Source: Clostridia bacterium (GTDB taxonomy: Bacteria; Bacillota; Clostridia; UMGS1840). From it: a stretch of 64,000 nucleotides of DNA. The position numbers and the translations under genes are program-made. The notes beneath the pieces are model-generated. The model made no database searches. It was not told where the DNA came from and saw only the letters and a list, made by a program, of their open reading frames with translations. The stretch covers positions 14,425 through 78,424 of the forward strand of contig JAFUIN010000001.1 of NCBI GenBank assembly GCA_017468465.1, read 5' to 3'. Below are positions 48,727 to 54,763 of this stretch, piece by piece (positions within the stretch are counted from its first letter, which is position 1; the number at the start of each line of letters is the position of its first letter).

Positions 48727-49275
48727 ATGGCAAAGATGGAGCAGGATGTTAAAAAAGTTTTGTTTACAAAAGAAGAAATCGAGGCAAGAATAGTAGAACT
48801 GGGAAAACAAATCACCACTGATTATGAGGGAGCAAAAAGCCTGCTGGTAATTGGAATTTTGAAAGGTTCTTGCATATTTTTTGCAGATTTGGTTCGTCAG
48901 CTGGATTTGCCTGTGGAGATTGAATTTATGAGCGTGTCCAGTTATCAGGACAGCAGTGTATCCAGCGGTGAAGTAAAAATCACCAAGGATGTATCTCACT
49001 CAGTTGCCAAACGGCACGTTTTATTTGTGGAAGATATTATTGATACCGGCTTTACCATGTCCAAGGTAATGGAGATTTTCAAAGAAAGAGGTGCTGCTTC
49101 TGTGAAGCTTTGCTCTCTTTTAAGCAAGCCTGACCGTCGTAAAGTAGAGATTGATATTGATTACTTAGGTTTTACCATTCCTGATGAATTTGTCATTGGC
49201 TATGGTTTGGATTTTGCTGAAAAATACAGAAATCTGCCGTATGTTGGCGTTCTGGATGAAAGCGTATATCTGTAA
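48727..49275 (+). CDS. hpt: Hypoxanthine phosphoribosyltransferase
   Basis: PRPP motif VLFVEDIIDTGFT, and IGYGLDFAEKYRNLPYV. Confidence 0.95.
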   Translation: MAKMEQDVKKVLFTKEEIEARIVELGKQITTDYEGAKSLLVIGILKGSCIFFADLVRQLDLPVEIEFMSVSSYQDSSVSSGEVKITKDVSHSVAKRHVLFVEDIIDTGFTMSKVMEIFKERGAASVKLCSLLSKPDRRKVEIDIDYLGFTIPDEFVIGYGLDFAEKYRNLPYVGVLDESVYL

Positions 49276-49305
49276 TTTTAGATATTTTTATATTGGAGGT
49301 AACGG

Positions 49306-51195
49306 ATGAAGAAGTTTTTGAAGAATATCGGTTTTTATGTGCTGTTATTTGCCATTTTTATGACAGTGCTTTCCATTTTGACCGTAGGAGATCAGCCGGA
49401 GATTGTGAAATATTCCGATTTTGTGGTGCAGTTTAAGGCAGGCGAAATCAAATCCATCACATACTATCAGGGCGAAAACCGTGTGGAAGCGGTGCACAAT
49501 TCCAAAGGAATGGAAAAAAATATTGAAGTTGTGATTCCCAGTCTGGACACCATGAATCAGGATTTGGGTGTGGATATTTCCAAATATATGGCAGAGGGGA
49601 AAGACACTCTGACCTATTCGGTTGTTCCGCCTCAGACAGCACCCTGGTGGTTTGCCATTATTTCACCCCTTGGGCTCATTATCATTGCTGTTTTGTTCTG
49701 GGTGTTCTTTATGCGTCAGGCAGGTGGTGGCGGCGGTGCAATGGCTTTTGGGAAAAGCAAAGCACGTATGACCGACCCCTCCAAAGCAACTGTTACCTTT
49801 GATGATGTAGCAGGTGCAGATGAAGAAAAAGAAGAACTGAAAGAAGTGGTGGATTTCTTAAAAAATCCCCAGAAATATCATGCCATCGGTGCAAGAATTC
49901 CCAAAGGACTTTTGCTGGTTGGCCCTCCGGGAACCGGTAAAACACTGCTTGCAAAGGCTTGTGCCGGCGAGGCAGGTGTTCCCTTCTTTTCCATCAGTGG
50001 TTCTGACTTTGTGGAAATGTTTGTCGGTGTGGGTGCATCCCGTGTAAGAGATTTGTTTGAAAATGCAAAAAAAGCATCCCCTTGTATCATTTTTATCGAC
50101 GAAATTGATGCTGTTGGCCGTCACAGAGGCGCAGGCTTAGGTGGCGGACACGATGAAAGAGAGCAGACTTTGAATCAGCTGTTGGTGGAAATGGATGGTT
50201 TTACCGAAAATCAGAACATCATTATTGTAGCTGCAACCAACCGCCCCGATATTTTAGATCCGGCACTGCTTCGTCCCGGTCGATTTGACCGTCAGCTTGT
50301 GGTGAATTATCCCGATGTAAAGGGCAGAGAAGAAATTCTCAAGGTTCACTCCCGTAAAAAACCGTTGGCTTCCGATGTGGATTTATCTGTTATTGCAAAA
50401 ACCACTGCCGGCTTTACCGGAGCCGATCTCGAAAATCTGTTAAACGAAAGTGCACTTCTTGCAGCTCGTGAAAATAGAACCCAGATCAATATGCAGGATG
50501 TTTCCGAGGCGATGATTAAGGTTATCGCAGGGCCGGAAAAGAAATCCAAAAAGGCGAGCGAAAAGGAAAAGAGCTTAACGGCATATCATGAAGCAGGTCA
50601 TGCTATTGTGACAAAGCTTCTGCCCAATCAGGACCCTGTGCATCAGATTTCCATTATTCCCAGAGGCAGAGCAGGCGGTTATACCTTGTCTCTCCCCAGT
50701 GAAGATAAAATGTATGCTTCCAAAGTGGGTATGATGGAAGAAATTGTGGTTCTTTTAGGTGGTCGTGTGGCAGAAAAACTGGTGCTTGACGATATTTCTA
50801 CCGGTGCTTCCAACGATATTCAGCGTGCAACCAAAATTGCCCGTGAAATGATTACCAAATATGGTATGAGTGAAAAATTAGGTCCCATTTGCTTCGGCAG
50901 TGAGCAGGATGAGGTGTTTATCGGAAAAGATTTTGGTCAGACCAGAAACTATTCCGAACAGGTTGCCTCTCAAATTGATGAAGAAATCAAAGCAGTGATT
51001 GACAGTTGTTATGAGAAATGTCAGGCACTATTGTCAGACAATATGGAGCTGCTGCATGAGCTTGCAAAACTGCTTTTGGAAAAAGAAAAGGTGGAAGGCG
51101 ACGAATTTTTGGCACTCTATAATAAGGTGAATGGCATCGTGGAAAATCCTTCCAACGAAGAAACAACCCAAGAGGCACAAGATGGCAACGAATAA
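49306..51195 (+). CDS. ftsH: ATP-dependent zinc metalloprotease FtsH
   Basis: Two TM helices, Walker [15 protein letters not shown], the SRH motif, and zinc site HEAGHA. Confidence 0.95.
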   Translation: MKKFLKNIGFYVLLFAIFMTVLSILTVGDQPEIVKYSDFVVQFKAGEIKSITYYQGENRVEAVHNSKGMEKNIEVVIPSLDTMNQDLGVDISKYMAEGKDTLTYSVVPPQTAPWWFAIISPLGLIIIAVLFWVFFMRQAGGGGGAMAFGKSKARMTDPSKATVTFDDVAGADEEKEELKEVVDFLKNPQKYHAIGARIPKGLLLVGPPGTGKTLLAKACAGEAGVPFFSISGSDFVEMFVGVGASRVRDLFENAKKASPCIIFIDEIDAVGRHRGAGLGGGHDEREQTLNQLLVEMDGFTENQNIIIVAATNRPDILDPALLRPGRFDRQLVVNYPDVKGREEILKVHSRKKPLASDVDLSVIAKTTAGFTGADLENLLNESALLAARENRTQINMQDVSEAMIKVIAGPEKKSKKASEKEKSLTAYHEAGHAIVTKLLPNQDPVHQISIIPRGRAGGYTLSLPSEDKMYASKVGMMEEIVVLLGGRVAEKLVLDDISTGASNDIQRATKIAREMITKYGMSEKLGPICFGSEQDEVFIGKDFGQTRNYSEQVASQIDEEIKAVIDSCYEKCQALLSDNMELLHELAKLLLEKEKVEGDEFLALYNKVNGIVENPSNEETTQEAQDGNE

Positions 51196-51799
51196 AAAAC
51201 CAAAATTCTATGCAGTAAAAGTGGGAGCTGCTCCCGGTATTTATGAAAGCTGGGCAGAATGCGAGCCCTTAATTAAGGGCTTTGCCGGCGCAGAATACAA
51301 AAGCTTTTCCACCCGTGAAGAAGCAGAGTATTATCTTACGGGAAAGGCTCTTGCTGTGGAGCAGTTGCCTAGTGAAGATACTCTTTTTGCCTATGTAGAC
51401 GGAAGCTATAACATAGAAACCGGTGTTTACGGATACGGTGTTGTTTTGATTTTTTCCGACGGACATATCGAGGAGATGTCCGGCGGAGATAAAAAAGAAG
51501 AAGTAGCTTCTATGCGAAATGTGGCAGGAGAGCTGAAAGGTGCTATGCTTGCCATGCAGTATGCCGTGAACCACGGATTTCGGAAAGTGAAAATTTTTCA
51601 CGATTACGAAGGCATTGCAAAATGGGCAAAGGGTGAGTGGAAAACCAATCTGGATGCTACTGCTTCCTACAGAGAATTTGCCTGGATGATTGGTGCAAAA
51701 ATTGAGCTTTCTTTTGAAAAGGTAGATGCTCACACCGGTGTATTTTATAATGAGCGGGCAGATGTCTTAGCGAAACAGGGCGCCGGAATTACGGAATAA
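51182..51799 (+). CDS. rnhA: Ribonuclease H1 with N-terminal hybrid-binding domain
   Basis: [45 protein letters not shown] is an HBD. It is followed by an RNase H core with acidic residues in YVDGSY, GELKG, HDYEG and [11 protein letters not shown] 51182 overlaps the ftsH stop. Confidence 0.8.
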   Translation: MATNKKPKFYAVKVGAAPGIYESWAECEPLIKGFAGAEYKSFSTREEAEYYLTGKALAVEQLPSEDTLFAYVDGSYNIETGVYGYGVVLIFSDGHIEEMSGGDKKEEVASMRNVAGELKGAMLAMQYAVNHGFRKVKIFHDYEGIAKWAKGEWKTNLDATASYREFAWMIGAKIELSFEKVDAHTGVFYNERADVLAKQGAGITE

Positions 51800-51807
51800 A
51801 TTATCAC

Positions 51808-51865
51808 AAAAAATGACATTATTTGCATTGCAAGTATTGTCATTTTTGTTTTTTTGTGATAGAAT
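51808..51865 (+). repeat. Terminator-promoter cassette, copy A
   Basis: A 14-bp-arm hairpin (51813-51843) plus a T-run. The -35-like TTGTCA lies in the 3' arm (51837-51842), followed by 17 nt and an extended -10 TGATAGAAT (51857-51865). 52/58 identical, ungapped, to 57064-57121. Confidence 0.8.
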
Positions 51866-51890
51866 AGATTTAACGAAAGTTAAATCTATT
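51863..51890. promoter_or_regulatory. Perfect 12-bp inverted repeat overlapping the -10/TSS (candidate operator)
   Basis: AATAGATTTAAC-GAAA-GTTAAATCTATT, with all 12 pairs complementary. This segment is absent from cassette copy B. Confidence 0.6.
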
Positions 51891-51892
51891 TG

Positions 51893-51971
51893 GCTAAATT
51901 CGCGTTCCGCGAGCTAAATTGAGCAAGCTCAGCTAAATTGCCTACGGCAGCTAAATGTGCTTCGCACGCTA
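51893..51971 (+). repeat. Tandem array of four GCTAAAT + short hairpin modules (unclassified leader element)
   Basis: GCTAAAT occurs at 51893, 51913, 51932 and 51950, with GCTA at 51968. The spacers are distinct palindromes: TCGCG-TTC-CGCGA, TGAGC-AA-GCTCA, TGCC-TAC-GGCA and GTGC-TTC-GCAC. Confidence 0.75.
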
Positions 51972-52025
51972 CAGTATGAAACTCAGATAAAAATAAATTT
52001 TTTCGATTATAGGGAGAAGAATGAA

Positions 52026-52370
52026 ATGTATAAAAAAATAGAGCAGTTAAAAACAGTAACCAAAAAAACTAACGAAGGCAAAGATAAAATGTTCAAGACC
52101 AACCTTGCAGACTTTGACGGTTGGAATCCGAAAGCCAGACTGTTTTCTTTGGTGCAGGTACCGCCGGGGGAAGAAGTAGACTTTCATATGCACGTTGGTG
52201 AGAGTGAAACATTCTTTATTCTTTCCGGCAAGGGCATCTATACTGATAACGGAACTCAGGTTGAGGTGGCACCCGGAATGGTAACCTTCACACCCTCAGG
52301 GGAAGGCCATTCCATTAAAAATACGGGCGATGATATGCTTTCCTTTATCGCTTTGATTGTAGTTGATTAA
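52026..52370 (+). CDS. Cupin domain protein (small, single domain)
   Basis: Metal-site motifs FHMHVGESETFFILSG and PSGEGHSIKN. ATG 52026 lies 9 nt after AGGGAG. The track start (GTG 51957) lies inside the hairpin array and is rejected. Confidence 0.8.
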   Translation: MYKKIEQLKTVTKKTNEGKDKMFKTNLADFDGWNPKARLFSLVQVPPGEEVDFHMHVGESETFFILSGKGIYTDNGTQVEVAPGMVTFTPSGEGHSIKNTGDDMLSFIALIVVD

Positions 52371-52479
52371 ATGCCGACGTTTTGATTGGTGATACCCGGC
52401 TTGTCAAAAAAAGTAATCATGCTTAAAAATGTGGCAATGCCACAGTTCAAAAAAATATATAGATATGGAGGAATTCAAG

Positions 52480-53388
52480 ATGAATTCACAACAAGCAGTT
52501 CGTGCAGCGGTAGACGCTCACACTATTATTCCTGCGTTCAACATTCCCTATTTGCCGATGGTTGAACCGGTTGTTCAGGCGATTGTAGATGAGGATTCTT
52601 TGGCGATGGTTCAGGTTGCCCGTCTGGAATGGGAAAAATTTGAATCACAAAGTCCCGAAGCAGTTGCAAAAGAATATTTCAAGTTTGCAAAAGAAGGTTA
52701 CACCCTTCTTCATCTGGACCATGTTCCCGCCATTGACGAGGATATGAAAAAAGTAGATTATATGGATATTATCAAACGGGCATTGGATGTGGGCTATCAG
52801 TCTGTAATGGTTGACGGTTCCAGACTTCCCCTGGACGAAAACATTGCAACTACAGCAGAAGTTGCAGCACTGGCAAAAACCTTTGGAGCTGCAGTGGAAG
52901 CAGAATTGGGAGCAGTATCCGGTCACGAAGGAAGTGGCATCGGCTTAAGCTATGAAGAACTGTTTACCACCAAAAAAGGTTTCACAGTTCCGGAAGAAGC
53001 AAAACGGTTTGCAAAGGAATCCGGCTGTGACTGGTTGTCTGTTGCTGCCGGAAGTTTCCATGGCGCCATCGCGTCCAGCACCAAGCATCTGAAAAAGCCC
53101 AATGCAAGACTGGACATTGAACATATTAAAACATTGTCTGAAATTACCGGCAAAATGCCCTTGGTACTTCACGGCGGAAGCGGCATTGAGCAAGACTACA
53201 TCTTAAAAGCAATGGCAAACGGTATCGCAAAAATCAACGTAGGAACTGAAATCCGCCAGCCCTATGAATTTGCACTGGAAGAAAAACCGGGTGATATTGC
53301 CTATGCACAGCAGAAGGTGTATGACCGTACCCGTTGGGTAATTCATGAATTTTTGCGCACCACCGGTAACCACAGCAAATTAAAATAA
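52480..53388 (+). CDS. Class II ketose-bisphosphate aldolase family protein
   Basis: IIPAFNIPY, LHLDHV, VEAELG and LVLHGGSG motifs. ATG 52480 follows GGAGGAA. Confidence 0.8.
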   Translation: MNSQQAVRAAVDAHTIIPAFNIPYLPMVEPVVQAIVDEDSLAMVQVARLEWEKFESQSPEAVAKEYFKFAKEGYTLLHLDHVPAIDEDMKKVDYMDIIKRALDVGYQSVMVDGSRLPLDENIATTAEVAALAKTFGAAVEAELGAVSGHEGSGIGLSYEELFTTKKGFTVPEEAKRFAKESGCDWLSVAAGSFHGAIASSTKHLKKPNARLDIEHIKTLSEITGKMPLVLHGGSGIEQDYILKAMANGIAKINVGTEIRQPYEFALEEKPGDIAYAQQKVYDRTRWVIHEFLRTTGNHSKLK

Positions 53389-53428
53389 AATTGTAAGCAC
53401 ACCTCACGGTACAGTGTAAGGAGCCATT

Positions 53429-54394
53429 ATGAAAACAGTTTTTATTTTGAATCCCAAGGCAGGTAAGGGACGGCAAAAAGAAAAAACAGAAGAAATTCTG
53501 CTCAAAATAATTGCCGAAAAGGAGCTGGATGCACAAGTTTACGTCACCGCCTATCCGGGCGATGCCACAAGGTTTGTGAGAGAGCATTGTAAGACTTATG
53601 GAGCGGCCCGGTTTATTGCTTGTGGCGGAGATGGAACCTTAAGCGAAGTGCTAAACGGCGCTGTTGGGTTTTCGGGGGCAGAGGTTGGTGTGATGCCGCT
53701 GGGAAGCGGAAACGATTTTTGCAGAAATTTCCCGTGTGATACTGCATTTGGCGATGTATATTTGCAGGCAGTATCGGAAGCTGTTGCTTGTGACGCCATT
53801 CGGTATACTACCACGGTGAACGGAGAAGCTGTTACGGGGTATTGTGCAAATATGTTTAATATTGGCTTTGACTGTAAGGTGGCAGATACCACCAATCATC
53901 TGAAAGATAAAACTGTATTTGGTGGTTCTTTTGCATACTTTTTGTCCATTCTTATGAATCTGATTCAAAAGAAGGTGACGTTTCTTACGGTAACAGCAGA
54001 CGGGCTTTGTGAGCATAGCGGAGCAACGCTTTTAACCTCTGTTGCCAACGGAAAATACTGTGGCGGCGGGATTATGAGCAATCCGATGGCATCCTTACGT
54101 GATGGGAGAATCAATTTCAATATCATCAGAAACATTTCCCGTTTGCGGTTTGTTTCGTTGCTCTTTTCTTATATGAAAGGGACGCATATGTCCAAAAAAG
54201 GAATTGAGAAGTACATATTGTCCAAGCATTGCAAAACCTTGACGGTAACGCCGGAGAACGGCATTATGAGGCTTTGTATTGATGGAGAAATTGTGACTGC
54301 CGGTGAAACCACCTTTGAAATTGTGCCCAATGCGATTCAGTTTGTGTTGCCCGGGGTGAAAAACCAAAGCACGTTAATCGGAGTATGCAGATAA
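53429..54394 (+). CDS. Diacylglycerol kinase-family lipid kinase (YegS/DagK-like)
   Basis: FIACGGDGTLSEVLNG and MPLGSGNDFCRNF motifs. Confidence 0.85.
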   Translation: MKTVFILNPKAGKGRQKEKTEEILLKIIAEKELDAQVYVTAYPGDATRFVREHCKTYGAARFIACGGDGTLSEVLNGAVGFSGAEVGVMPLGSGNDFCRNFPCDTAFGDVYLQAVSEAVACDAIRYTTTVNGEAVTGYCANMFNIGFDCKVADTTNHLKDKTVFGGSFAYFLSILMNLIQKKVTFLTVTADGLCEHSGATLLTSVANGKYCGGGIMSNPMASLRDGRINFNIIRNISRLRFVSLLFSYMKGTHMSKKGIEKYILSKHCKTLTVTPENGIMRLCIDGEIVTAGETTFEIVPNAIQFVLPGVKNQSTLIGVCR

Positions 54395-54410
54395 AAAATC
54401 AAAAAAATAC

Positions 54411-54439
54411 TTGACAATCGTTTACAGATATGGTATACT
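54411..54439 (+). promoter_or_regulatory. Sigma-A promoter of the T-box-controlled gene
   Basis: TTGACA (54411-54416), 17 nt, TATACT (54434-54439). Confidence 0.7.
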
Positions 54440-54445
54440 ATGCTC

Positions 54446-54737
54446 TAATGAAAGGCTGTGACGAAGAGGGCAGATTCAGGCGAACCTTTGAGAGAAGTGG
54501 CGGTTGGTGCGAGCCATAGGGGACAGAGTTTGTTTGTAGCTTCTGAGCCGGGAGGAAGAAAGTTTTCAAAAGAAATGAGTAGAACCTCTCCGTGATTGCT
54601 GCGTTAAGGCATAAGAGGTTGTTAGACCTTAAGAGTGGCGATAGAATTATCGCAATTTGAGTGGTACCGCGGGTGAATAATTGCTAAAACACTCGTCTCA
54701 AAGAATTTTACCGATGCTTTGAGGCGAGATTTTTTTT
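54446..54737 (+). promoter_or_regulatory. T-box riboswitch leader (tRNA-sensing transcription attenuator)
   Basis: Stem I has a K-turn (GGC-UGU-GA.../...GA-GCC, 54454-54549), an AGAGA bulge (54491-54495) and distal loop GGUUGGUGCGA. Stem II has AGUAGAA. The T-box sequence AAUUUGAGUGGUACCGCGGGUG lies at 54654-54675. The terminator is CTCGTCTCAAAG/CTTTGAGGCGAG plus U8 (54692-54737). Confidence 0.85.
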
Positions 54738-54763
54738 GCCTCAAAAAAGGAGGATTTTTTAAT

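Noticed and set aside
51893-51971. Interpreting the tandem GCTAAAT/hairpin array as a type III toxin-antitoxin RNA (ToxI-like repeats), a mini CRISPR array, or plasmid-type iterons.
   Set aside because: The units are only 18-20 nt with a 7-nt conserved core, far shorter than ToxI-type (about 36 nt) or CRISPR repeats. No endoribonuclease toxin, cas or rep gene is adjacent, and the downstream gene is a cupin. The iteron idea does not explain the palindromic but non-identical spacers.
51957-52025. Over-extended N-terminal starts in the ORF track. They are 51957 (cupin), 54719 (ACS), 13863 (PHP2), 32636 (racemase-like), 23882 (M16), 51131 (RNase H), 16204 (rplU), 61540 (glxK), 62676 (hydrolase), 52429 (aldolase) and 8576.
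   Set aside because: Each extension overlaps an upstream gene, terminator or RNA element and lacks an RBS. In every case an internal ATG with a good Shine-Dalgarno sequence matches the family's normal N-terminus.
54571-54592. Alternative T-box specifier readings: AGA (Arg) or CCU (Pro) next to AGUAGAA at 54578-54588, and UGU (Cys) at 54535-54537.
   Set aside because: With the K-turn closed by GGC/GCC (54454-54456 with 54547-54549), Stem I ends at 54549, so AGUAGAA belongs to the Stem II S-turn and not to the specifier loop. UGU would need a tRNA with U73, but the T-box bulge UGGU pairs with an A discriminator. The specifier call still remains provisional.
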